Positions 20,384 to 30,688 are shown, counted from the first letter of the stretch. The stretch: DNA of 64,000 bases from Nitrospira sp. (GCA_024331045.1 JANDJC010000008.1:7170-71169), one strand, 5' to 3'. The notes: generated from the sequence alone by a model not told the origin. Program-made: numbers and translations.

Positions 20384-21802
20384 TCACGATTTTAGGACAA
20401 GTTCGATACTGGCCATAGGTAACCCCGTGTGCGGATGCTTGGCCCTTCGGCACTCGATTGGGAGGGCAATTCTAGCTAGACGCATAAAGGCTTGAGCACG
20501 TGCGTGAACGTCGTTGACTGTGACGGCTTTCGCCCAGCGTGCCCGCTCGAAGACATTCCCAGCGCACGTTGTCACAGCGGTGCCCAACAGGTTTCCAAAC
20601 AATCCGAAGGTAAAGCGCCGAAGATTGGTTCGCTGTCGACTAGCACGTAGCGAAGCAACCCATGACCGTTTGGCAGGATCTGTTCTACCAGAGGACATCT
20701 CGATCAGCCCTTGCGCAACACGCGCTGCCGCCTGCCCATCCAAAACACCAAACCACCGTGTGAGATGAGTTGTACAGACTTCTGTCGGCTGGTGGCGCGC
20801 TTCCCGCCTCCGTGCATCGCTTATCAGCATATTGAGATCTGCATAACTTTCGGCCCGACAACTTATCTCTGACGGCAACGGCGAGTGGCGGCGTAGGACT
20901 TCGGTATTGAGAAACTCCATGGAGATAGGCACTTTTGCCAATAGATTGCATTCGACTGAAGTGCCACAATTTAAATGTATGACACAGTCTGCATTGGCGA
21001 TGGCATGCAACACGTTCCCTTCGCCACTCACAATTAAGTTCCTGATACCGGCAAATCGCTTTTGATAAAAGTGCTGATTCTCAAACGGATGGGGGCGCAC
21101 AATAAAGCGACGTTCTGGATTGTCCACGGCAAGTCGTTCAATCTGTTGGAGATAGCGTGGAAAGACTGCTTTCATGTCGGCAAACAATTGCTCCACGTAG
21201 GAAGGATCCCAGCCTAGCTTATAAAAAATTCTTTTTTCGTCTTCTTCGGATCGAGTAAACGCTGGATTGATGGCGGAGAAATTTGTATTCACCAAGACAT
21301 AATCTCGCCAGGGATAAGTGAGCACGCCACGCCACGGAGACAAACACACGTCATAGCGCGGGCACCCACTGATCTGTAGTGTGTCGGGCGGAAGGCCGCC
21401 TCTCAAGCGGAACGCCTCATAGAGTTCGGCTCCCCAGAAGAAATATCGATCAACGACTCGGAAAAAGCCGTCTTCGTAGAATGCCCTCGCCCATCGATGA
21501 GGTGAATCTGCACCGTTTTCGGATAGCACTCCTCCTTCTGTATCCAGAATGGCAACACGGATGCCTAAATCCTTGTAAGTTTGCAGCAATTCCTTGTTGT
21601 TACGCCTTGCATAGTTGACGAGGACAGCACGAGGTGCAAGGAGAGGAAGATCGTAGCCTTGCTCGTACATTGGAGTCAGAAGCACAGACGCTCCTCGCTG
21701 CAACAAGTGCAACGCCACCAACACCAGTCCGTCCAAATCTCGCTTAGGATGGTCTAGAACAAGCGCGATACGCTCCGGGGGGGGCATGGATCTATCAACC
21801 AT
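20384..21802 (-). CDS. Surface carbohydrate biosynthesis protein (GT-B-like)
   Basis: DHPKRDLDG, LDTEG, GCPRYD, LVNTNF, VRPHPFE. Start ATG 21802 overlaps the upstream TGA. Confidence 0.7.
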   Translation of the reverse strand: MVDRSMPPPERIALVLDHPKRDLDGLVLVALHLLQRGASVLLTPMYEQGYDLPLLAPRAVLVNYARRNNKELLQTYKDLGIRVAILDTEGGVLSENGADSPHRWARAFYEDGFFRVVDRYFFWGAELYEAFRLRGGLPPDTLQISGCPRYDVCLSPWRGVLTYPWRDYVLVNTNFSAINPAFTRSEEDEKRIFYKLGWDPSYVEQLFADMKAVFPRYLQQIERLAVDNPERRFIVRPHPFENQHFYQKRFAGIRNLIVSGEGNVLHAIANADCVIHLNCGTSVECNLLAKVPISMEFLNTEVLRRHSPLPSEISCRAESYADLNMLISDARRREARHQPTEVCTTHLTRWFGVLDGQAAARVAQGLIEMSSGRTDPAKRSWVASLRASRQRTNLRRFTFGLFGNLLGTAVTTCAGNVFERARWAKAVTVNDVHARAQAFMRLARIALPIECRRAKHPHTGLPMASIELVLKS

Positions 21803-22566
21803 CAATTGATATGGTGAATATGGAAATCTCCGCTGCGATGGAGTTCCACGGTCAATGGCTCGACAAGATTGCATCCGCTCACCTTGACCCCGACGTGTTG
21901 ATGCCTGCTCAGCCAGCCTTCAAATTCGGCAAAGAGATCATTCAAGAACACGAGTCGACTACCCATAGGAGAGACAGGATCAAGGGACGTCTTTCCTAAA
22001 GTTTTTCTGTCGGGTGTGTAGCAGGTAATGTTCGCTTGCAACGTGCCGTGCTTGTGTGCAATGGGATTAACAAAAACAAGGCCATGACGTGCAATGGCGC
22101 CCATGGCTTGATCAAAAACCATATAATGAGTTCGCTCAGGCAAACACCCTCGTTCCACCGGCATCCATTCATGCATTGTGTCCACATGTCCAACCTTGTC
22201 GTGCCAGACAATGTAGAATCCAGTCCCAACCATTTTCTTAAGTTTGATGCGCCCCTCACTGTATCGAACCAGATCAAAGTCCGGTACGGCGACAACCGCA
22301 ACAAGGCCTGGCCCCCAATAACCCGCATCTGCAACCTCGATTTGGACGCTATCGGCCGTCTCCACATATTTTTCAAACGCGGCAACTTGCCTCCCCTCTT
22401 CATTGAAGAAAAGGAGGAGAAGACAAACTGGCGTTTGCAGGTCAGGAAATATTTGTTGATAAAAATTATGAAAGCAAATTCGACTCGCTGCCAAAGCTGG
22501 TGGTGTACAATATTGTGTTGACAGAGCATGGCTCGGGTATTTGGTGAACAATTCGTCAAGTGTCAT
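21802..22566 (-). CDS. Hypothetical protein (254 aa)
   Basis: Tightly packed in the operon (3-nt gap upstream, 1-nt overlap downstream). No recognised motif. Confidence 0.7.
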   Translation of the reverse strand: MTLDELFTKYPSHALSTQYCTPPALAASRICFHNFYQQIFPDLQTPVCLLLLFFNEEGRQVAAFEKYVETADSVQIEVADAGYWGPGLVAVVAVPDFDLVRYSEGRIKLKKMVGTGFYIVWHDKVGHVDTMHEWMPVERGCLPERTHYMVFDQAMGAIARHGLVFVNPIAHKHGTLQANITCYTPDRKTLGKTSLDPVSPMGSRLVFLNDLFAEFEGWLSRHQHVGVKVSGCNLVEPLTVELHRSGDFHIHHIN

Positions 22567-22569
22567 CTT

Positions 22570-23481
22570 CTACCCTAGATAATCAATAACGTTGGTGAAT
22601 GCTGGACGAGAATGATCGATTCCGACGGAAATTCCTCCCCGTGCACGCAGGATGTGCAATGAAGCTAAAGAAACACCTTTAGCCTGCGCAACGGTAAACC
22701 CCTTTCCCCCGGTCGATGCAAGAAATTGTTCGGCTTCTGGAAACAGATCCGTCATCGATCTCTCAAGCGCTCCATGAGGATGAATTTCCCCGAATTTCTC
22801 CTCTAAGTATTCTTGTGGGCTCCGATACAGGCGAATCGTCGGTGTCACAATGCGGTCATACTCCGGATCAGAGGAATGGTTGATGAGCAGAATGCTCGCA
22901 ACCAAGCGGTCGTCGATCACAATCTGCGGGTTGAGCCCTGTGAACCCAAAGTGCTTCTTACCATGAATCGGATTGAGTGGCCGAGCAAACAACCCCGTCC
23001 GATATCCACCAATGAACCCGTCTCCTACATAACGCACAGTCGCACTGCCTGGCGAAGAGCTCCACATATCGTTCTGCCCCCAGCTCGCTAGCAAGATGAA
23101 CACACCATCGCCTAGTTTCATGCCCTCGTTCTCGGCTAGTCGATTAATTTCTACACTGATGAAATCGCCAGGGTGTCTGATTTCTCCAAGCTGCCATTGA
23201 CCAATATAGTGCCCCTTCCGATCTAGCGCGATGCCTCGCAAGCGCATTGGTTTCCTGAACACGGTACTAATGTAATCGCGGATAACCTGAGGGAGGCTTT
23301 TTTTTCTCTGCCAAAGGTAATAGATGGGGCGCACAAACTCCTTCACGGACTGACAACGCACACTATCTTGAGCGATAAAGTCAATCCATGTTCTCGCTTC
23401 GGTGAACAATGGAAACACCGCTTTGGGTTCCCAAGATTTCCATAACGTCCGATCCAACATACTGCCCTCATTTATCGACAA
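22570..23481 (-). CDS. Hypothetical protein (303 aa)
   Basis: Tightly packed in the operon. No recognised motif. Confidence 0.7.
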   Translation of the reverse strand: MSINEGSMLDRTLWKSWEPKAVFPLFTEARTWIDFIAQDSVRCQSVKEFVRPIYYLWQRKKSLPQVIRDYISTVFRKPMRLRGIALDRKGHYIGQWQLGEIRHPGDFISVEINRLAENEGMKLGDGVFILLASWGQNDMWSSSPGSATVRYVGDGFIGGYRTGLFARPLNPIHGKKHFGFTGLNPQIVIDDRLVASILLINHSSDPEYDRIVTPTIRLYRSPQEYLEEKFGEIHPHGALERSMTDLFPEAEQFLASTGGKGFTVAQAKGVSLASLHILRARGGISVGIDHSRPAFTNVIDYLG

Positions 23482-23487
23482 GGACCA

Positions 23488-24951
23488 TCATGCTTCCCTT
23501 AGCCAACTACGGACAACAACAGCAGTTTTTTGAGGCCCCAATACAGCCAATACCATAAGGACCGCCCCTATGAGAACAAGGGTGCACTTGAGGAGGACCG
23601 ACAACCAAAGGGACGAATCTTCGATCCGTATTCCAAACCAGACAATTACCAAAGCCAGGATCCAGATCACCACAAGACGCATGAAGGGAGAAGGCCTCGG
23701 ATAGAAGTGGTGAGAAAGCCAAATTTGCAGCGCGACCCGCAGCAACGCTGCCACGCCGAGCGCTGCTAGCGCACCATGCACTCCATAAGATGGCACCCAT
23801 TGAGACATCGCGATAACACTTACAATTAACGATGCCGCTGACACCAGCGGCCAGACCGCTGTTTTCTTGGCAAGGTCCATCCCCCGCCCTAATGCAGCAG
23901 CCATGGATTGAATGTAGTACACCAGCACAAACCATGGGACCAGGTCTATCACGGCAAAATACCGAGCGTCGCCGTACAGCCTGATGAAGTCGCGAGCAAG
24001 GAGAACCACGGCCATGGCAGACAAGGTAAGCACCAGAACATAAACCATGGAAAAACCCGATAACAATATTGGGACATCTTTTCGCTCTGTGCTCAGTCGG
24101 TAAAGAAACGGCAGCCACGACGTCTTCAGGCCTGTATTGACGAGGTTGAACGCCATTCCAAATTGATTACCAATGTTGTAGAGGCCAATCTGACGTAGCG
24201 AAACATACTTGTCCAAAAAATACCGGTCGAGGACGCCTGCGAGACTGTCCAGAAAACCAATTGGGACCATGGGCAAGCCATAGCGAAGAGGATCTGTAAG
24301 GTGCCAGGGAGAAAAGCGAAGTTGACATTCCGACACTAAACAAATTGCAAAAAATGCTGCCCATGCCCCCGCGTTCAGAAACACGCCAAGCAGATACCCT
24401 GTGGGGCCCATATCCATACCAAGCACAAGAAACAAGGTCAACGCAGCCTGCCCCATAAACATAAGCGTGTTATAAACAGTAGCCTTTGCTGCCTCCTCTC
24501 GAATTCGCAAAATAGCCTGATAGAAAAAGCTGATGTTGGAGAAAAATGCCGACCACACCGCCAGCTCGATATGCGGGCGAAAAGAGGCTTGTGAAAATAG
24601 GCGCGCGAACACATGATCCCCCACAACCTCAAGCACGAGGCATACGGTGAACCCCCAAGTCTGCGAAGTGAGCCACAGCGCGGCTATGTGCCGCGGACGC
24701 TCAACATCATCCCACTCGTGAAAATAACGTTGGACCGAATCGTGGAGACCAAGGCTAAAGACCGCATTGAGCACAGTCTGAACGCCCAGGGCGATGCCGA
24801 TGATCCCATAATCGTCGGGGGACAACCTCGTCCAGAATAAAGGTAGCAGAAAGATCCACCCGCCGCGGGTCAACACAATGCCGCCGCCATATACAACTGC
24901 GCCGGACAAAAATCGTCCTAAGAGCTGATGCGGATGTTGACTGGAGTACAC
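23488..24951 (-). CDS. wzx: Wzx-type oligosaccharide flippase
   Basis: About 12-14 TM helices. TRLSPDDYG, LRYGLPM, DRYFL...IGLY. Confidence 0.88.
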   Translation of the reverse strand: MYSSQHPHQLLGRFLSGAVVYGGGIVLTRGGWIFLLPLFWTRLSPDDYGIIGIALGVQTVLNAVFSLGLHDSVQRYFHEWDDVERPRHIAALWLTSQTWGFTVCLVLEVVGDHVFARLFSQASFRPHIELAVWSAFFSNISFFYQAILRIREEAAKATVYNTLMFMGQAALTLFLVLGMDMGPTGYLLGVFLNAGAWAAFFAICLVSECQLRFSPWHLTDPLRYGLPMVPIGFLDSLAGVLDRYFLDKYVSLRQIGLYNIGNQFGMAFNLVNTGLKTSWLPFLYRLSTERKDVPILLSGFSMVYVLVLTLSAMAVVLLARDFIRLYGDARYFAVIDLVPWFVLVYYIQSMAAALGRGMDLAKKTAVWPLVSAASLIVSVIAMSQWVPSYGVHGALAALGVAALLRVALQIWLSHHFYPRPSPFMRLVVIWILALVIVWFGIRIEDSSLWLSVLLKCTLVLIGAVLMVLAVLGPQKTAVVVRSWLREA

Positions 24952-24954
24952 CGG

Positions 24955-25845
24955 TTATTTCCAGACCGAGAGATCAAGACCGGTCAAGTCTTCGGTACGC
25001 TCAATATCTTCTCTGTAGCGCAGCAACAGATGTGCACGTGTCGCGGGATCCAACTTCGGTTTTTCATGATTGGCATAGCGAACAAGGTTGATCTGATGAA
25101 GCATCTGTGCAAGACGACTGCGCAGGACAACGCTCGGAATCAATGGATGCAATACCTTACGTAAGAACCGGTATCGAGGATGATACATGGCGCGTGCTAG
25201 GACTTTTAGACGCGGTCGACCTGTTTCATTATCCCAAACCCCCTCGATCCGGCATGGTGTCAGATCCAGCCAGCTTTGAAGCTTTAAGAATTCATCCCCT
25301 TGGCGTCGTATAAATTCTTCAAAGAGAATAAAATACACTTGTTCGCGCTGGAAATATCGGTAGATATTCTCGATTTGCTCAGCATATCTGCCACGTGTCA
25401 GCAAGCCATACTCAGCCAACGCATTCGGAATCCCTGATGCAATCCGCTCCTCCTCACATTGACACATCTCGACAAAAGATTCGCCATGGCGGCCATAATA
25501 AGAACGGTAGGTATAAAGAGAAAACGCCAAATCAACAGGATTTCTAAGCATCACGACAATTCGGGCAGTGGGGAAATATCGATAAATTCGGGCGATGCAT
25601 TCTGCATAAAGCATGTAGATCGGGTCGGCCTCGAACAACACCTTCTTGCCAAATGAGGACGGGAAACACTGCTCCACATACCAAGAAGGGCCTTTGGAGA
25701 ACTTCGAATCGTCGAAGAAAAAATTTGTCTCCTTGTATTTCGTGACACAGACTTCTGGATGCTGTTCCATCAACCGATAGAGCGTCGAGGTTCCTGCTTT
25801 TGCTGCACCGACGCATACGACGAGGTTGTCCTTGCTCACAACCAC
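24955..25845 (-). CDS. PAPS-dependent sulfotransferase
   Basis: 5'-PSB loop GAAKAGTSTLY, KETNFF, 3'-PB motif LRNPVDLAFSLY. Confidence 0.92.
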   Translation of the reverse strand: MVVSKDNLVVCVGAAKAGTSTLYRLMEQHPEVCVTKYKETNFFFDDSKFSKGPSWYVEQCFPSSFGKKVLFEADPIYMLYAECIARIYRYFPTARIVVMLRNPVDLAFSLYTYRSYYGRHGESFVEMCQCEEERIASGIPNALAEYGLLTRGRYAEQIENIYRYFQREQVYFILFEEFIRRQGDEFLKLQSWLDLTPCRIEGVWDNETGRPRLKVLARAMYHPRYRFLRKVLHPLIPSVVLRSRLAQMLHQINLVRYANHEKPKLDPATRAHLLLRYREDIERTEDLTGLDLSVWK

Positions 25846-26428
25846 CTTCCTCTTCTCATTAACTGCGGCGGGCTAGCCACTTCGGCACTCTGTTATCGAA
25901 GAGCAGCCTCCCTCCTTTCGTGGAGGCTTGACCAGCAGTACGTACGGTTAACTAGAGACACTAGAGTATGGTTCACCCAAGATAAAGCTGAGCATCACCA
26001 GATATTTGTAATGAGCCCTGCGCTGATTTTTTTCTGCTGCATATGACACTGTTGGACTAAACTCTACAAGTCCCTGTCGCTACGTGGTCAATTGAAATAA
26101 CTGAGCCGTGTAACTAAAAAATTTTTTCAACCCCTTCCGTCTCGCTTCAGCAGCATATTACCGGCAGCCTTAATTCCAAAACATGTGGCGAGATAGCCTA
26201 TGGCTGCATCAAGATAGATATCAATTGAACATACCCAACGGTTTCACCCTTCAGTCACAGCTCGCAAGTAGCACGCAACCTCGAACCCAATGCCTCGAGA
26301 AATAAAATTAAATAGGACGCTCCTTTTCCCTCATGATCACTGACACTACCTCCACCACTCTAGAGACCTCCTGACACGTGATATGCTCTGGGGCGGGGAG
26401 GGGCTAAGATCCAAAACTGGGAGCCTGG

Positions 26429-27076
26429 TCATTCTATCTGCAGAAAGGAAGTCAGTATCCCGAGTCCTACTTTCCCGCTCTTTTCCGGATGGAACTGGCA
26501 GCCGTATATCTGGCCCCATTGCACCGCTGCACAAATCTGCTGCCCACCGTAGTAAGCATCTGCAAGACGGTTAGACTTATCCGCTGGCACCGCCATAAAC
26601 GAATGGACGAAATAAACCGACTCCCCCTCTTCCACATTAGCCAGGATCGTACCGGCCCATGAGTGCCGGTTGACCGGCCGTCGAAGCGCACTCCACCCCA
26701 TATGGGGAATCTTATGAGGTTTGCCATCAACATCAGTTTCGGGAACGGCAACAACACGGCCAGGCAAAAGACCTAAACCGCGATGCTCACCAAACTCTTC
26801 ACTCGCCTCAAACAGCAATTGCATCCCTAAGCAGATGCCAAGCAAAGGCCGCCCGCTGGCAATGTACTTCTTGAGCGGCTTGATTAGCCCGCGCCTTTCC
26901 AGCTCGCGCATGCCATCCGCGAATGCCCCAACACCTGGTAGTACCAATCGGTCTGCCTCTTCAATGCTCTCAGCAGTATCACTTATCTGTACCGAAGCAC
27001 CCAGATGTTCGAGCGCGCGCCCGATGCTGTAAAGGTTTCCCATTCCGTAATCAACAACCAAAACGCTGCTTGTCAT
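26429..27076 (-). CDS. HisH-like glutamine amidotransferase (LPS-cluster paralog, WbuY-like)
   Basis: DYGMGN, LPGVGAF, GICLGMQ, QFHPEKS. Not in a his operon. Confidence 0.93.
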   Translation of the reverse strand: MTSSVLVVDYGMGNLYSIGRALEHLGASVQISDTAESIEEADRLVLPGVGAFADGMRELERRGLIKPLKKYIASGRPLLGICLGMQLLFEASEEFGEHRGLGLLPGRVVAVPETDVDGKPHKIPHMGWSALRRPVNRHSWAGTILANVEEGESVYFVHSFMAVPADKSNRLADAYYGGQQICAAVQWGQIYGCQFHPEKSGKVGLGILTSFLQIE

Positions 27077-27834
27077 ACCTCTCGCACCTCAATGCCCGCA
27101 CGCGCCGCAGCCTTTTTCAACTCAGCGATGGAATGCTTTTGGTAATGGAGCACATGGGCGACAGCGACCGCATCAGCGCCGCCGTCATGCACAGCTCGCA
27201 CGAAGTCATCCGGCGTGCCGAGCCCCCCACTTGCAATCACCGGCACGGGGACCGCGGCAGTAACCGCCCGAATCAAATCAAGATCAAACCCTTTGGTCGT
27301 GCCCTCGCAGTCTACAGAGGTAAGAAGAACCTCACCTGCGCCAAGACTCACCCCCTGGGCCACCCACTCAACAACGTCAAGACCAGTTCGCTCCCGACCA
27401 TTATCGGTATAGGCCTCCCAGCGTTTTGGCCCAATACGCTTAGCCTCGATCGAAAGCACCGTGCACTGAGAGCCGAAGCGACGGGAAATTTCTGTGATAA
27501 GCTCAGGACGGCGGACGGCGGCAGTGTTGATCGCTACCTTGTCTGCCCCAGCCCGTAGCAACATCTTTACATCGTCTGGACTACGTACTCCTCCCCCAAC
27601 AGTCATAGGGATGTACACGTCTCGCGCCGCCTTGCTGACGATGTCGGTCAGATTATTACGGCCATACAGGCTCGCCACCGTATCCATGTATAGCAATTCG
27701 TCGGCACCATCCTCGTAGTACCGCCGCGCGTATTCGTTTGGATCGCCAATCACCCGTAGCCCCTCAAGATGGACGCCCTTAATTAGGTTTGGTCCTTTTA
27801 TGTCGAGTCGGGCAATCAAGCGAACAGTGGGCAT
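27073..27834 (-). CDS. HisF-like cyclase (LPS-cluster paralog, WbuZ-like)
   Basis: RLIARLDIKG, GADEL, VGGGVR, GAGEVLLTSVD, PVIASGG. Confidence 0.93.
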   Translation of the reverse strand: MPTVRLIARLDIKGPNLIKGVHLEGLRVIGDPNEYARRYYEDGADELLYMDTVASLYGRNNLTDIVSKAARDVYIPMTVGGGVRSPDDVKMLLRAGADKVAINTAAVRRPELITEISRRFGSQCTVLSIEAKRIGPKRWEAYTDNGRERTGLDVVEWVAQGVSLGAGEVLLTSVDCEGTTKGFDLDLIRAVTAAVPVPVIASGGLGTPDDFVRAVHDGGADAVAVAHVLHYQKHSIAELKKAAARAGIEVREV

Positions 27835-27843
27835 GCCTGGAAG

Positions 27844-29187
27844 CTACTCCTTGTGCCAGACAGCATACCGAAGCTTCCATTCACCGCCCTCGTATTTCCA
27901 GAGGTGTGGGGACCGGAACCGGTCGGCCAGGCGCATAAAGTACTCATGATCCATGATTGGCTGTTCAAACATGGCCGATGCCTGGGGGAACTCCTTGGGA
28001 TCCAAGCTCAGGTAGCGAAAGATTTCGTCGGCAAAACGTTCAGGGAACTCACCATCGAAACGCCTTGCCAACGCGATCCCCTCCTCCCGAGTTATGTCCC
28101 CCGACCGAATCTCCTGCGCCGCATCATATGTCGCACGGCCGATTCCAAACTTGATGTAGGTCGTGTAGTAATGAAAGTCGTCGATGCGATCATCTATACT
28201 GTTATATTTGCTATAGGTGCCAGGCGTGCGTTCGGGTGATGCCTGAAAACCACCATGTTCAACCGCATAGTAGTAACAACTTTGTGGATGCCACTTGAGA
28301 TAATAGCCGAGATAATGCACTTCAACCCCTGCCTTCTCGATATCGTGGGGATCCGCTGGCATATAGACGCGAAGATCATTTTCGTCAACGCCGAAGTATT
28401 GCTTGAGATTGGCCACCGAAACACCACCGAGGAAAATCGTTGATTTATCCTCGGCAGCAAAATATGACCAGCTTCGTTTAGCGCTTTCCATATCTTGGAT
28501 TGGATTACCATACTCTGCCTCATTCTCGCCGTAAAACACGAGGGGGATTTTGTGCAACAGAGCCATTTTGGGCGCGAAGGCCTTCTGCCCAATGATGAAT
28601 GGTTGAAACGGATGAAAAAGATTCTCAACAGCAAGCCGCGTCAACAGCCTGTGAATACGACCATTAGGCGTGCACAAATAATTGTCGAAGCCCGCATGGA
28701 TCCAGGATTGCAAATTCTTCCAGCCCCAATCAGTATAGATATGAGGAGCCCACGTGACGGTAAGGGGATGCATGCCATATTTGTATTTTAGGATGTGCGC
28801 AGCATAGAAGCTGTCCTTGCCTCCTGATCCCGGAACAATACAATCATAGGAGCCGTCATTTTTTCTGAAACGGTCGCATAAATCCCTCAGCTCACGCTCC
28901 CGTTCTGCCCAGTCAATCCCTTGGCGCTTCTTCTCTGCTAGGCGGCACGCATCGCACACCCCTTTGTCATCAAAGTGTATCGTCTGTTTGCGGCTCGCGG
29001 GGGTGTGCTGATATTCGATTGCAGAATTAGGCCGCTGATTCGAAATGATGCAACGCCTGCAGAAATCAACTTTCGGCGGCAAGCCGTATTTGACTTCCAG
29101 TTCTTCAGAATTTTGCTTCTCGTATGGTCGAGTATCGATTTGATCAGGGTACGGGTATTTGTTCATGCGAATCTTGCTCTTGTTCAA
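27844..29187 (-). CDS. N-acetyl sugar amidotransferase (WbuX/WbpG/PseA family)
   Basis: CxxC...CxxC, PP-loop SGGKDS, YGEN, IKFGIGRAT, IRSGDITREE. Confidence 0.93.
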   Translation of the reverse strand: MNKSKIRMNKYPYPDQIDTRPYEKQNSEELEVKYGLPPKVDFCRRCIISNQRPNSAIEYQHTPASRKQTIHFDDKGVCDACRLAEKKRQGIDWAERERELRDLCDRFRKNDGSYDCIVPGSGGKDSFYAAHILKYKYGMHPLTVTWAPHIYTDWGWKNLQSWIHAGFDNYLCTPNGRIHRLLTRLAVENLFHPFQPFIIGQKAFAPKMALLHKIPLVFYGENEAEYGNPIQDMESAKRSWSYFAAEDKSTIFLGGVSVANLKQYFGVDENDLRVYMPADPHDIEKAGVEVHYLGYYLKWHPQSCYYYAVEHGGFQASPERTPGTYSKYNSIDDRIDDFHYYTTYIKFGIGRATYDAAQEIRSGDITREEGIALARRFDGEFPERFADEIFRYLSLDPKEFPQASAMFEQPIMDHEYFMRLADRFRSPHLWKYEGGEWKLRYAVWHKE

Positions 29188-29194
29188 GCCAAAG

Positions 29195-30688
29195 TTAGCT
29201 GAGTCTGACCTTCATCGGTTGGAAAAGCGAATTGACAACACGGATGACACGTTCTTGTTGCTCGGCGGTCATGTTCGAACCAGACGGCAGGCAAACACCC
29301 GTCGCGAACGCCTCGTCAGAGAAACTGTAATCCGGTTCGTGTGGATAGTACGCACACCCATCAAACAAAGGCTGGCGGTGCATTGGTCTCCAGACGTGTC
29401 GAGCCTCTATCCCACCACGAGAGAGGACTGAAATCATCTCTCCTGGAGTAATAGAGGTCCGCTTCACATCAATAACGCAAACGCTAAGCCAGCGAGTGCT
29501 TCGACCATAAGGTGCTTCCGGCATCCATCCAAGTGCCTCTATCGCAGCCAGTCCCTGTCGATACCGTTCAAAGATCACTCGTCGTAACCGAACGCGATCC
29601 TCTAGCACTTTGAGTTGCCCACGGCCGATACCAGCAAGGACGTTACTCATACGGTAGTTGTAGCCGACCTCGCTGTGGGAATACCATGGTGCCGGTTCTC
29701 GCGCTTGTGTGGAGAGATAGCGCGCCTTATCAATCAAGGCTGCATCGTTTGAGACCAACATGCCGCCGCCTGAAGTGGTGATAATCTTGTTTCCGTTGAA
29801 CGAATACACGCCTAGCCGGCCCCATGTGCCGCTGGCGCGCCCCTTGTAGGTTGCGCCTAATGACTCCGCAGCATCCTCAATCACTGGTACTCCGTATTGG
29901 TCGCAGAGCGCATTGATTTGCTCCATATCTGCGCTTTGGCCATACAAATTCACAACGATCACTGCCTTAGGTAATTGGCCGACCGTGGCGGCATCAGCCA
30001 GAGCCCGGGCAAGCGCCCCAGGTGACATATTCCAGGACTCTGGCTCAGAATCAATAAAAACAGGACAGGCCCCTTGGTACAGAATCGGATTGGCACTGGC
30101 CACGAAGGTCAGTGTTGAACAAAAGACCGTGTCACCACGATCGACACCGAGCACCCGTAATGCTAGATGCAAGGCGGCCGTACCGGACGAGACCGCCACC
30201 GCGTGACTAACACCCACATAGGCAGCAAGTTCGTGCTCAAATGCATCTACATTTGGGCCAAGTGGTGCCACCCAGTTGGTACGGAACGCCTCCTTGATAA
30301 ATCTCATCTCGTATTCACCCAAGTGCGGCGTGGAAAGGAGGATCCGCTGATCCAGTTCACGACGAAGGAGGACTGCGACTGGTCGGCCCATCGCGTCTAC
30401 CACCGGCAAATGATCCAACTGCCGTTCATTTAATAATTCCAGTGCAGAGTCCGGGGAAATACCCTCACACGCCACCAAAGAATCCATCGCGGGTAAGGTA
30501 CCAAGTCTGTCGCCTAGCAAGTGGCCCGCCAACAACAACCGCCGAATGTCGCCGTCGGTGACCGTGCGCAACAACTTGCCTGCCGCGTCTACTAGCAACA
30601 AGATACCCTGGCCGGTCTCGTTCAGTTGACGCAGAGCATCATGCAACGTGGCCTCAGCCGAAATGGTTAGTCGACTGATATCGTTCAT
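29195..30688 (-). CDS. CBS-pair fused to PglE-like DegT/DnrJ PLP aminotransferase
   Basis: N-terminal ~115 aa CBS pair (TVTDGDIRR, HLPVVD), then NWVAPLGPNV, SSGTAALH, EDAAESLG, SFNGNKIITTSGGG. Confidence 0.92.
   Translation of the reverse strand: MNDISRLTISAEATLHDALRQLNETGQGILLLVDAAGKLLRTVTDGDIRRLLLAGHLLGDRLGTLPAMDSLVACEGISPDSALELLNERQLDHLPVVDAMGRPVAVLLRRELDQRILLSTPHLGEYEMRFIKEAFRTNWVAPLGPNVDAFEHELAAYVGVSHAVAVSSGTAALHLALRVLGVDRGDTVFCSTLTFVASANPILYQGACPVFIDSEPESWNMSPGALARALADAATVGQLPKAVIVVNLYGQSADMEQINALCDQYGVPVIEDAAESLGATYKGRASGTWGRLGVYSFNGNKIITTSGGGMLVSNDAALIDKARYLSTQAREPAPWYSHSEVGYNYRMSNVLAGIGRGQLKVLEDRVRLRRVIFERYRQGLAAIEALGWMPEAPYGRSTRWLSVCVIDVKRTSITPGEMISVLSRGGIEARHVWRPMHRQPLFDGCAYYPHEPDYSFSDEAFATGVCLPSGSNMTAEQQERVIRVVNSLFQPMKVRLS

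Noticed and set aside
25846-26428. ~580-bp gap as an ncRNA or gene remnant
   Set aside because: I could not recognise a convincing ORF, family motif or stable structure. A translated search is needed.
26429-27834. Histidine biosynthesis operon
   Set aside because: No other his genes are present. Adjacency to a WbuX-family gene marks these as LPS-cluster paralogs.
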